Source: an uncultured Clostridia bacterium
GTDB lineage: Bacteria; Bacillota; Clostridia; TANB77; CAG-508
Reading direction: 5' to 3'
DNA length: 64,000 nt
NCBI GenBank assembly: GCA_944390535.1
Contig: CALXQV010000015.1
Span: forward strand, 9,070 to 73,069
Shown here: positions 1 to 9,062 of the stretch, piece by piece
How the letters are laid out: every line of letters starts with the position of its first letter
Numbering within the stretch: the first letter of the stretch is position 1
Program-made: the position numbers and the translations under genes
The notes under the pieces: generated by a model
The model's database searches: none
What the model was told of the DNA's origin: nothing
Seen by the model: only the letters and a program-made list of their open reading frames with translations

Positions 1-512
1 ACAAAGAAATGATAAAAACTATTGGAAGTGAAAATGTTATTCTTATGGGAGATTCAGCAGGTGGAGGATTAGCACTTGGATTATATGAAAAAATAGCAGA
101 ACAAACAGTAGAACTTCCTATAAAAACCATTTTAATTTCTCCTTGGCTAGATGTCAGATTACAAAATGAAAACATACAAGAAGTTGAAAAACAGGATACA
201 ATTTTAAATAAAGAAGCATTAAAAGTTGCAGGCATTACCTATGCAGGTACAGATGGAATGGATAGTTATCTAGTAAATCCAATAGAAGGAAACATATCTA
301 GCTTGCAAAATATAAAAATCTTTATTGGAACAGATGATATATTAAATCCAGATTGTCATGTGTTAAAGGAAAAAGCGGAAGTTGTTAATGCAGATGTAGA
401 AATAAAAGAATATGAAAAAGCAAAACATATCTGGATAATTGACCATAATTCTGAGGAAGAAATCACAAAGCAAGCATATAATGATGTAGTAGAAGAATTA
501 AAAAATAGTTAA
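1..512 (+). CDS. alpha/beta hydrolase (esterase/lipase, HSL-like), 5' end outside window
   Basis: Frame is open to the window edge; GDSAGG nucleophile-elbow motif; His near C-terminus (KHIWIIDH). Confidence 0.75.
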   Translation, partial: KEMIKTIGSENVILMGDSAGGGLALGLYEKIAEQTVELPIKTILISPWLDVRLQNENIQEVEKQDTILNKEALKVAGITYAGTDGMDSYLVNPIEGNISSLQNIKIFIGTDDILNPDCHVLKEKAEVVNADVEIKEYEKAKHIWIIDHNSEEEITKQAYNDVVEELKNS

Positions 513-522
513 GGAGAAAACA

Positions 523-1800
523 ATGAGTGATAAAAAAGAAAAATTGTATTGGAGAAGATTGGATAATTCAGCTAAAATCTTTCCTATCTCTGCTGGAAAA
601 AAATATAGCACAGTATTTAGATTATCTGTTGTCTTAAAAGAAATGATACAACCCGATATATTAAAACAGGCAGTAGAAAAAGCTTTAGAGCAATATGCGT
701 TTTTTAGAGTTCGATTAAAGAGTGGATTTTTTTGGAATTATTTAGAATATAATCCTAAAAGAGTGGTTGTAGAAAAAGAAAGAGAGTATCCTTGTCAATA
801 TATAGAACCAAAGGAAAACAACCAGTATCTATTTAAAGTTACCTATTTTGATAAAAAAATCAATATTGATATATTTCATTCTTTAACAGATGGAAATAGT
901 GGTGTTATGTTTTTTAGAGAAATTGTTTATAACTATATAGAACTTACACATCAAGAAACATTTCAAGAAGAATTAAGGATTAAAAGAAAATTTGATGTAT
1001 CAACAGAAGATAGCTATATAAAACATTATGATAAAAAATCCAAAGGAAATAATTCATCAAAAAAAGCATATAAATTAGTAGGAAGAAAGATAAAATTAGG
1101 AGCTGTTTCAGCAATTCATGAAATCATTAACTTACAACAATTAAAAGAAGAAGCAAAGAAGAATGAAGCAACCATTACACAGTATTTAACAGCAGTTTTA
1201 ATATATGCAATTTATCAAGCAAACTATGTAAAGCATAAAGGGAAAAAACCAATAAAAGTTTGTATACCAGTAAACTTAAAAAAATATTTTCCATCTAACA
1301 CCATCTCAAACTTTTTTTCTTACATAACAGTTGAAGCCGAAATGCAAAAAGAAAACTTACATTCATTTGATAAAATATTGGCATTTGTAAAAAAAGATTT
1401 TGAGAAAAAATTAATGCCAGAAGAAATACAAAAAACAATGTCTGGGAATGTAAAATTAGGAACAAATCCATTTATAAAAGTAATTCCATTAGCAGTTAAA
1501 AAGCCAATTGTAAGATTAAGTTATTTGGAAATTAGAAAATATACAACAACAACATTTTCCAATATAGGAAGAATTGGTATCATTGGTAAATATCAAGAAT
1601 ATATTGAGGATTTTTTCATGTTAATTGCACCTGAACCAGTAGAAAAAATTAAATGTTCAGCATGTTCTTTTGACAAACATATTGTATTTACATTTACATC
1701 TATTTTAGATGATTGCCAAATAGAGAAAGCATTTTATCAATTTTTAAAAGAAAAAAACATTGATGTAATGATAGAAAGTAATGAAATTTTAGAAATCTAA
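523..1800 (+). CDS. alcohol acetyltransferase-family / condensation-domain-like acyltransferase
   Basis: RBS AAGGAG before ATG; N-terminal WRRLDNSAKIFP signature; HSLTDG (HxxxDG) catalytic-type motif. Confidence 0.55.
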   Translation: MSDKKEKLYWRRLDNSAKIFPISAGKKYSTVFRLSVVLKEMIQPDILKQAVEKALEQYAFFRVRLKSGFFWNYLEYNPKRVVVEKEREYPCQYIEPKENNQYLFKVTYFDKKINIDIFHSLTDGNSGVMFFREIVYNYIELTHQETFQEELRIKRKFDVSTEDSYIKHYDKKSKGNNSSKKAYKLVGRKIKLGAVSAIHEIINLQQLKEEAKKNEATITQYLTAVLIYAIYQANYVKHKGKKPIKVCIPVNLKKYFPSNTISNFFSYITVEAEMQKENLHSFDKILAFVKKDFEKKLMPEEIQKTMSGNVKLGTNPFIKVIPLAVKKPIVRLSYLEIRKYTTTTFSNIGRIGIIGKYQEYIEDFFMLIAPEPVEKIKCSACSFDKHIVFTFTSILDDCQIEKAFYQFLKEKNIDVMIESNEILEI

Positions 1801-1814
1801 GAAAGGAATGGAAT

Positions 1815-2378
1815 ATGTTATATCCCAAAAAATTAAGTAGTAAAAAAAGTAATTTGTTAATCAAAATATTATTAGGTATTTCGTTCGTAATTGCTATTGT
1901 ATTAACAATGATTAATCAGTTAACAACTCCAGAAATTCATTGGGCAGCACTTGTAAATAGTGGAATGATATATGCATGGATAACTGTTATTTATTCTATT
2001 AATAAGAGAACCAATATCGCAGGGCATGTTATGATACAAGCAATTGCCATCTCACTTTTAACTATATATATAGATTATAATTTGGGATTTAGTGGGTGGT
2101 CTTTAGAAATTTCGATTCCCATTATTATTATGATAGCCAATGTAACGATGCTAATATTAACGATTGTTAGTTATAGAAAATATGTACGATATGCTATCTA
2201 TCAGTTGGTTATTTGTATTTGCAGTCTTATTCCGATATATTTCATGTTTGAAAATTTGATAAAGAACTATATTCTAAGCTATATAGCAATTGGCATTTCT
2301 GTTATGAATTTTATTTTAACAATTATTCTTTCAGCAAGAGATGTGAAAGAGGCAGTTATTAGAAAGTTTCATATGTAG
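1815..2378 (+). CDS. polytopic membrane protein of unknown function
   Basis: RBS GAAAGGA; about 5-6 hydrophobic helices; tightly follows the acyltransferase gene. Confidence 0.6.
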   Translation: MLYPKKLSSKKSNLLIKILLGISFVIAIVLTMINQLTTPEIHWAALVNSGMIYAWITVIYSINKRTNIAGHVMIQAIAISLLTIYIDYNLGFSGWSLEISIPIIIMIANVTMLILTIVSYRKYVRYAIYQLVICICSLIPIYFMFENLIKNYILSYIAIGISVMNFILTIILSARDVKEAVIRKFHM

Positions 2379-2433
2379 TAATTAAAGCATCTGATAACCA
2401 AAATAAAGGAAATAAAAAAGATAGCATAGACTA

Positions 2434-2472
2434 AAAATCTTCTTAGATTTCAATACTCTAAGAAGATTTTTT
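2434..2472 (+). terminator. rho-independent terminator, bidirectional in shape
   Basis: 14-bp stem AAAATCTTCTTAGA / TCTAAGAAGATTTT, 9-nt loop, T-run after and A-run before. Confidence 0.7.
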
Positions 2473-2648
2473 ATATTTCGATTTTAACAATAGATTATAA
2501 GAAAGTCAATAAAAATTCATAAAATATTGCAGAAAAAATATACGTAAAAAAATAAAAAAATGATTGAAAAAAATCCCAGTCAAAATGTAAAAAAGCATTG
2601 AAATATCAACATATGTAAACAATACGAATCTTCTTAGAGTATTGAAAT
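2447..2648. promoter_or_regulatory. candidate invertible DNA segment (22-bp perfect inverted repeats flanking 158 bp)
   Basis: ATTTCAATACTCTAAGAAGATT at 2447-2468 and its exact reverse complement at 2627-2648; interior is not palindromic. Confidence 0.4.
2481..2509 (-). promoter_or_regulatory. sigma-A-type promoter inside the candidate switch, pointing away from the downstream gene
   Basis: TTGACT (2509-2504), 17-nt spacer, TAAAAT (2486-2481) on the minus strand. Confidence 0.4.
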
Positions 2649-2756
2649 TCAAGTAAAAACGACCAATAAATAAGTACAATATACCGAATTAATTCATGAT
2701 AACAGATATAATAAAAAAAGAACAAATGAAAAGAATAATAGAAAAGGAAGAAAAAA

Positions 2757-4439
2757 ATGAGAAAAGGAAAAGTAATGTTAAAAGAATATAAAGGGATTAC
2801 ATTAATAGCGCTTGTTATTACAATTATAGTTCTGTTGATACTTGTAGGAATTAGTATTTCAACAATATTTGGAGACAATGGAATAATAAATAAAGCTTTA
2901 CAAGCGAGCTTTTTAACAGAATATACTGAAGTACAAGAAAGAGTAGATTTATTTAACGTGGATGCCCAAATGATTAATACAACACAAGAAAATGTAAATT
3001 GGGAAGTTTTTCCGTTAGGAGATATTATTACTAATGAGGAAAAAAATAGCTGGCAAGAAGAGAAAAAAGACTTGATTAATCAAATAGAAGATAATATAGA
3101 AAGGCCGATAGAAGAAACTATTTTATATTATATTGACTTTAACAAATTAGATATAGAATATAAGCATAAATATTTGATTGATACTAGTACAGGATTATTG
3201 TTCTGTTATGATGGACATAAATACTCAGGAGAATTACATCATATTCCAGATAATATAGAAAAAAATAGTCAGATTTTAATTAGACCCGAATTTGAACCAG
3301 TCAATGAGTTTCCAATTTTGAAAGCGAATGGAGTAGAAAGAGCTGGGGTAATAAGAATAAACTATTCAAATGAAGAGAATTATGAAAATTATTATAGCAT
3401 AGATGAAGGAAAGAATTGGGTAAAATATGAAGGAGAATTTTTGGTAGAAACGAACAAAACTGTCTATGCAAAATCAGTAAATACAATTACTGGTGTGGAA
3501 GCTATGAATTCTATAAAAGTTGTTATTAATCCAAGAGGAATTGCACTAGCAGCATATGATGGGTCGCTATCAACATATGACAATGCTGGTGAAATTGATG
3601 CAGGATATAAATATATGTTAGTGGATAAATCTGCTGTTGGATTAACAGTAGAAGCCCATTTAGGATGGCATTATGCACAAATGCTACAATTAGACGAAAA
3701 TGAAGAAATATTATATGAATCAGATATACCAGGAGTAGATAATGGTAAAAAAACAGTTCAATTTGAAATATTAGAAGAAACAAAATATTTGGTATTACAT
3801 TGTAGTAATAAGGCAGGAGATGGGGCTTTGTTATATGAAATACAAATAAAAAATACACCAGATATTGTTGTTGTACAAAAGGCATATCCTAAATTAACAA
3901 GTAATGGAATTGAAAAACCATCCATGGAAGTTATGTTAGATAATACACATGTAAAACAAGCAGATAAACTATTATATAGCAAAGATAATACTAGTTGGCA
4001 AGAATATAATGGTGAAGAAATCAGGTTAGAAGTAGGAGAAACAATATATGCTAAAAATAAGTTGAATAATGGAGAAGAGTCTGGTGTGGTTAGCCAACAA
4101 TGCACCATTGACAGCAGAGCAATTACAGAAAAAGCATATGATGGGTCGCTATCAACATATGACAATGCTGGTAAAATAAATGCAGGTTATAAATATATGT
4201 CAGTTGATTCATCTGCTATTGGATTAACAGTAGAAGCCCATTTAGGATGGTATTATGCACAAATATTACAATTAAATAAAAATGAAGAGATATTATATGC
4301 ATCAGATATACCAGGAGTGTCAAGTGGCAAAAAAACGGTCCAATTTGAAATATTAGAAGATACAAAGTATCTCGTGTTATATTGTAGCAATAGTGGAGGA
4401 GATGGTGCTTTATTGTATGAAATTAACTTAATTAGTTAA
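2757..4439 (+). CDS. pilin-like (class III signal-like N-terminus) large surface protein with duplicated C-terminal modules
   Basis: N-terminus KG|ITLIALVITIIVLLILVGISI is nearly identical to the PilA N-terminus at 53613; internal 194-codon tandem duplication. Confidence 0.7.
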   Translation: MRKGKVMLKEYKGITLIALVITIIVLLILVGISISTIFGDNGIINKALQASFLTEYTEVQERVDLFNVDAQMINTTQENVNWEVFPLGDIITNEEKNSWQEEKKDLINQIEDNIERPIEETILYYIDFNKLDIEYKHKYLIDTSTGLLFCYDGHKYSGELHHIPDNIEKNSQILIRPEFEPVNEFPILKANGVERAGVIRINYSNEENYENYYSIDEGKNWVKYEGEFLVETNKTVYAKSVNTITGVEAMNSIKVVINPRGIALAAYDGSLSTYDNAGEIDAGYKYMLVDKSAVGLTVEAHLGWHYAQMLQLDENEEILYESDIPGVDNGKKTVQFEILEETKYLVLHCSNKAGDGALLYEIQIKNTPDIVVVQKAYPKLTSNGIEKPSMEVMLDNTHVKQADKLLYSKDNTSWQEYNGEEIRLEVGETIYAKNKLNNGEESGVVSQQCTIDSRAITEKAYDGSLSTYDNAGKINAGYKYMSVDSSAIGLTVEAHLGWYYAQILQLNKNEEILYASDIPGVSSGKKTVQFEILEDTKYLVLYCSNSGGDGALLYEINLIS

Positions 4440-4489
4440 TGGATATACTATATTTCTACCAAAAAAGTGATAATAATATCTTGCAAAAT

Positions 4490-4538
4490 CTGTAATTGTA
4501 TTGTAAAATAATGGAAATACAATTAGAGGTTTTTTATT
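4490..4538 (+). terminator. rho-independent terminator
   Basis: CTGTAATTGTATT / AATACAATTAGAG stem (1 mismatch) followed by GTTTTTTATT. Confidence 0.7.
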
Positions 4539-4804
4539 ATTCATAAAGTTTTATTTGTTAAATATCATTATAATCTAAATTATTTTATCTATTTTTAGAG
4601 TTGATTTTGATCTATCAAATGTCGTTGTTTTAAATATCCATAAATTTATAAAAATGAATATATATGTAGCTAAAAGTTTCATATATTAATAGACATGTTT
4701 ATGTTTAATAATAGAAACATAATTTTGAATTAGAAGAAAAAGTATCAAAAAATCAGATTTGTTTGTTGAATAAAATACAGAAGTCTGATAGAATGAAAGG
4801 AGAA

Positions 4805-5720
4805 ATGTATTTGAATAATTTAAATAAGTTAAAAGAAGTAGACATGCTACCATTATCCAATGACTATGTATTTAAAAGAATCTTTGGAAAAGGTGGCAAT
4901 GAAAAAATACTAAAGAGCCTTTTAGAGGCAATACTAAAAATAGAAATACAAAAGATAGAAATAAAAAATCCAGAAATACCAAAAGAAGCGATAGATGAGA
5001 AATTAAGTATATTAGATATCAAGGCAGAAATTAATGAAGATACAATCATAGATATCGAATTACAGGTAGGAAACACAACAGCAATAGAGAGAAGATTAAT
5101 TGTGTATAATGCAAAGCTAATTGCAGGAGATATCAAAGTATCAGGAGAATACAAAAATGCAAAAGATACAATTATCATATGTATTGTAAATGATAATATA
5201 CTAAAACGAAATGCATACTTTAGTTTAGCCATGTTAAAATATGAAAAAACAGAAGAAATTAGATATGTAAATATGGGGTGTGAAAAAGAGGAAGAATATT
5301 TAAGTAATATGTTAAAATATTACATCATAGAATTACCAAAGTTCAAGAAAAAGAAACCGAAGGTAGCAGATCTATTAGAGAAATGGTTATATGTGATTGG
5401 GGGGAGATAGAAAAATGATGGAGGAATATCAAAAAGAAAATGAAGAAATCAAAGAAGCAGTAGAGCAATTGACAGAGATGAGTTCCGATGAGTATGAAAG
5501 AGAGCTATATGAAATCAGAGAAAGAAGTAGACTAACATACAATACAGAAATGAATGAAGCAAGAAGAAAAGGAATAGAAGAAGGGGAAGAAAAGGGAAAA
5601 GAAGAAGGAAAAACGGAAGAAAAGAAAGAAATTGCTAAGAAGATGAAAGAAAAAGGGTTAGATTTTAAATTGATACAAGAATTAACAGGATTAACACAAG
5701 CACAAATTCATTCATTATAG
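4805..5720 (+). pseudogene. Rpn-family recombination-promoting nuclease / PD-(D/E)XK putative transposase, frameshifted
   Basis: LPLSNDYVFKRIFG N-terminus and E/K-rich C-terminus ending LTGLTQAQI lie in two overlapping frames; the break is at a G6 run 5399-5404. Confidence 0.7.
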
Positions 5721-5749
5721 AATTTTAGATAAAAAGACAGAGGTGAAAC

Positions 5750-7327
5750 ATGAAATCTAATATTTTTAAATACATATTTATTGTATTTGTTATGATAATT
5801 GTGATTGTTGCATTTTTTGTTATTAAAAATAATGAAAATGAGCAAGAAACAGAAGAAAATACTACAAGTACAGAACAAGAAGTAGTTAGACAAATTCGAT
5901 TAGGAATAGCACAATGTGATACCTTAAATCCATTGTTAACAACCAATAAAAATGTACAAGATATTACAAAGTTAATTTATGAACCATTAGTAGACATATC
6001 TTCAGACTATAAAGCAACGCCAGTACTTGCAACAGAATGGGCAAAACAAGATGATACGACATATATTATTAAGTTAAGAGAAAATGTTAAATGGTCAAAT
6101 GGAGAAAGATTTACATCAGCAGATGTTCAATTTACATATGATAAATTAAAAGAGAATTCATCCATATATTCTAGCAACTTAGAACATGTATCTATGTTAG
6201 AAATTGTGGATGATTATACAGTAAAAATGTATCTAGACCAAGAAGTACCATTTTTTGAATATTATTTAATATTTCCAATTGTATCTAAAACCTTTTATGA
6301 TGCACAAGACTACTATAATACAGGAATTGTACCAGTAGGAACAGGAAAATATAAAGTAGAAAGTGTACAAGAAAATTATATAACATTAACCAAAAATACA
6401 AATTGGTGGGATAGAGAAACAAAATTATCATTAGAAGAAATTACAGTAAATGTATATGATTCAATTGGAGAATTGTATAATGCGTTTAAATTAGGAAATG
6501 TGGATATGGTTAATACCAATAATACCAATATACAAGATTATATAGGAACGATGGGATATAGTACGAAGGAAATAAAAGGAAGAGAACATGACTTTTTAGT
6601 CTTAAATACACAAAATACATTATTAGCCAATCAAGAAGTAAGAAAAGCCATATCCTATTCTATTGATAGAAACAACATTGTATCAAATGTCTTTCAAAAT
6701 ACATATAGTACTTCAACTTTTCCATTAGATTTTGGTTCATGGGTATATCAAGAACAAGATGCTAGTTCAGGATATAATCCAGAGCAAGCAAATCAACTAT
6801 TAACAGAAAATGGGTGGAGTTATAGAAATGGATATTGGCAAAAAATACTCAATGGTAGAACACAAAGAATCGAATTAAATCTTATTGTAAAAGCATCAAA
6901 TAGTATACAAATAGCTGTTGCAGAAAATATAAAAACACAGTTACAAAATCAAGGGATTCGCATCAATATTCAACAATATTCTGATGAACAATATAATCTT
7001 GCAATACAAAATAAATCTTATGATATGATTTTTTGTAGTATGAATGTATCACCAAATCCAGATATGTCTCTATTTTTTGGAGAGAATAACTTAGCAAATT
7101 ATACAAATGAAGAAGTAAGCAATTTAATGAATGAAGTAAAAAATACAACTGATGAAAAAACGATACAAAATGATTATACAAGACTGGCAGAAATTTATAA
7201 AACAGATATACCCTATATTAGTTTATACACAAATAAACATATTATAGCATATAACACGGAGTTAGTAGGAGAAATTCATTCAAATTGGTTTAATCCATTT
7301 TGTGGAATAGAAACATGGTATAGATGA
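5750..7327 (+). CDS. ABC transporter substrate-binding protein, family 5 (peptide/nickel type), membrane-anchored
   Basis: N-terminal TM helix; LNPLL...YEPLV...ATEWA...KLRENVKWSNG family-5 SBP pattern; no adjacent permease genes. Confidence 0.8.
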   Translation: MKSNIFKYIFIVFVMIIVIVAFFVIKNNENEQETEENTTSTEQEVVRQIRLGIAQCDTLNPLLTTNKNVQDITKLIYEPLVDISSDYKATPVLATEWAKQDDTTYIIKLRENVKWSNGERFTSADVQFTYDKLKENSSIYSSNLEHVSMLEIVDDYTVKMYLDQEVPFFEYYLIFPIVSKTFYDAQDYYNTGIVPVGTGKYKVESVQENYITLTKNTNWWDRETKLSLEEITVNVYDSIGELYNAFKLGNVDMVNTNNTNIQDYIGTMGYSTKEIKGREHDFLVLNTQNTLLANQEVRKAISYSIDRNNIVSNVFQNTYSTSTFPLDFGSWVYQEQDASSGYNPEQANQLLTENGWSYRNGYWQKILNGRTQRIELNLIVKASNSIQIAVAENIKTQLQNQGIRINIQQYSDEQYNLAIQNKSYDMIFCSMNVSPNPDMSLFFGENNLANYTNEEVSNLMNEVKNTTDEKTIQNDYTRLAEIYKTDIPYISLYTNKHIIAYNTELVGEIHSNWFNPFCGIETWYR

Positions 7328-7354
7328 GGAAAATGAAAAAATTTAAAATAAGTA

Positions 7355-7382
7355 TTGACAAAACAAATTTTTGATATATAAT
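7355..7382 (+). promoter_or_regulatory. recA promoter
   Basis: TTGACA (7355-7360), 16 nt, TATAAT (7377-7382). Confidence 0.6.
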
Positions 7383-7391
7383 AACAATATC

Positions 7392-7403
7392 AAACAAAAG
7401 TTC
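7392..7403. promoter_or_regulatory. putative LexA (SOS/Cheo-type) box
   Basis: AAACAAAAGTTC is the reverse complement of GAACTTTTGTTT (GAAC-N4-GTTT type), between the -10 and the recA RBS. Confidence 0.5.
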
Positions 7404-7422
7404 AAAAATGAGGAGGAAAATT

Positions 7423-8475
7423 ATGAGTGAGAATGCAGAAAAAAAGAAAGCGTTAGAAGCAGCAATGAGTCAAATAGAAAAACAATTTGGAAAAGGGTCA
7501 GTTATGAAATTAGGAGAATTTAAAGCAATGGAAATAGAAGCAATTCCAACAGGTGCTTTAAGTTTAGATATTGCATTAGGAATTGGAGGGGTACCTAGAG
7601 GAAGAATTATAGAAGTATTTGGACCAGAATCTTCAGGAAAAACAACGTTAGCATTACACATTGTGGCAGAAGCACAAAAAATGGGAGGAGAAGCAGCATT
7701 TATTGATGCAGAACATGCTTTAGATCCAGTTTATGCAAAAAAATTAGGAGTGGATATAGATAATTTAATTGTATCTCAACCAGATACAGGAGAACAAGCA
7801 TTAGAAATAACAGAAAGCCTAGTTAGAAGTGGAGCATTAGATGTTATTGTTGTGGACTCAGTAGCAGCATTAGTTCCAAAGGCTGAAATTGATGGTGACA
7901 TGGGAGATTCACATATGGGATTACAAGCAAGACTTATGTCACAAGCCTTAAGAAAATTAGCAGGGGCAATCAATAAATCAAAAACCGTATTGATTTTTAT
8001 TAATCAATTAAGAGAAAAAATTGGTGTTATGTTTGGAAATCCAGAAACAACAACAGGTGGTAGAGCATTAAAATTTTATGCATCTGTTAGAATGGATATT
8101 CGAAAGATAGAAAACATTAAACAAGATGGAGAAGTAAAAGGAAATAGAGTAAGGGTAAAAGTAATTAAAAATAAGGTAGCACCACCATTTAGAGAAGCAG
8201 AATTTGATGTTATTTATGGAGAAGGAATTTCAAAAGAAGGAAATATTCTAGACATGGCTGTTAATTTAGACATTGTAGAAAAAGCAGGTTCTTGGTTTAG
8301 CTATAATGGAGAAAGAATTGGACAAGGAAGAGAAAATGTCAAAAAATACTTAAAAGAAAATCCAAAAATGTTAGAAGAAATTGAAGGCAAAGTAAGAGAA
8401 GATTTTGAAAAAGTATTTGAGGAAAGTCTAGGGGAAGAAATACCTGAAATTGATATGGATGATGAAGAAGAATAA
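7423..8475 (+). CDS. recA: recombinase RecA
   Basis: AGGAGG RBS 7 nt upstream of ATG 7423; Walker [10 protein letters not shown]; full-length RecA sequence. Confidence 0.97.
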   Translation: MSENAEKKKALEAAMSQIEKQFGKGSVMKLGEFKAMEIEAIPTGALSLDIALGIGGVPRGRIIEVFGPESSGKTTLALHIVAEAQKMGGEAAFIDAEHALDPVYAKKLGVDIDNLIVSQPDTGEQALEITESLVRSGALDVIVVDSVAALVPKAEIDGDMGDSHMGLQARLMSQALRKLAGAINKSKTVLIFINQLREKIGVMFGNPETTTGGRALKFYASVRMDIRKIENIKQDGEVKGNRVRVKVIKNKVAPPFREAEFDVIYGEGISKEGNILDMAVNLDIVEKAGSWFSYNGERIGQGRENVKKYLKENPKMLEEIEGKVREDFEKVFEESLGEEIPEIDMDDEEE

Positions 8476-8481
8476 AAAATG

Positions 8482-8519
8482 ATAAAGGGGATATAAAAAA
8501 ATATCTCCTTTATTGATAT
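8482..8519 (+). terminator. recA terminator
   Basis: ATAAAGGGGATAT / ATATCTCCTTTAT stem, then a T-rich tail. Confidence 0.7.
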
Positions 8520-8576
8520 TTTAAAATGTTTATAGTAAAATATAAGAAATCTAACCTAAGAGATAAGGAGATGGAC

Positions 8577-9062
8577 ATGAAAGAAAGATATAAGACATTA
8601 TCAGCAGTCATGTTAATACTAATTAGAGAGGAAAATGGAAAAGAACAAATTTTATTACAAAAAAGAAAAAATACAGGATATATGGATGGGTACTGGGATT
8701 ATGCAGCCAGTGGCCATGTTGAATATATGGAAAGTATGAAAATGGCTATGAAAAGAGAAGCAAAAGAAGAGTTGTGTATTGATATTGACTTAGAAGATTT
8801 AGAATTTGTTTCATTGATTCATAAAAAGAATGATATAGATACGATTTATTATAACGGATATTTTAAAGCTACGAAATGGAAAGGTGAACCTAAGGTTGGT
8901 GAACCAAGTAAAAATGAAGAAATTAAATGGTTTGATATAGATAATCTTCCAGATAATCTGGTAGATGATAGAAAAGAAGCGATAAAGAATTATATAAATC
9001 AGTTACCATACAGTGAATTTGGATGGAATAATGAAAAGGATAATAATAGGGTGATAGTATGA
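8577..9062 (+). CDS. NUDIX hydrolase
   Basis: Nudix box GHVEYMESMKMAMKREAKEELCI; AAGGAG RBS favours ATG 8577 over the upstream ORF start. Confidence 0.8.
   Translation: MKERYKTLSAVMLILIREENGKEQILLQKRKNTGYMDGYWDYAASGHVEYMESMKMAMKREAKEELCIDIDLEDLEFVSLIHKKNDIDTIYYNGYFKATKWKGEPKVGEPSKNEEIKWFDIDNLPDNLVDDRKEAIKNYINQLPYSEFGWNNEKDNNRVIV

Noticed and set aside
3301-4165. Numerous 60-170-aa ORFs antisense to or overlapping well-supported genes (for example 3301-4165 minus, 13607-14125 minus, 16118-16600 minus, 22443-22916 minus, 61678-62094 minus, and many others in the ORF track)
   Set aside because: They lie entirely inside strongly supported genes on the other strand or frame, have no RBS, and translate to low-complexity Leu/Phe/Ile/Ser-rich strings, as expected from antisense AT-rich coding DNA.
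3552-4436. Diversity-generating retroelement (template/variable repeat) hypothesis for the two similar 303-nt segments
   Set aside because: Both copies are inside the same ORF, their differences are not confined to adenine positions, and no reverse transcriptase gene is present in the window.
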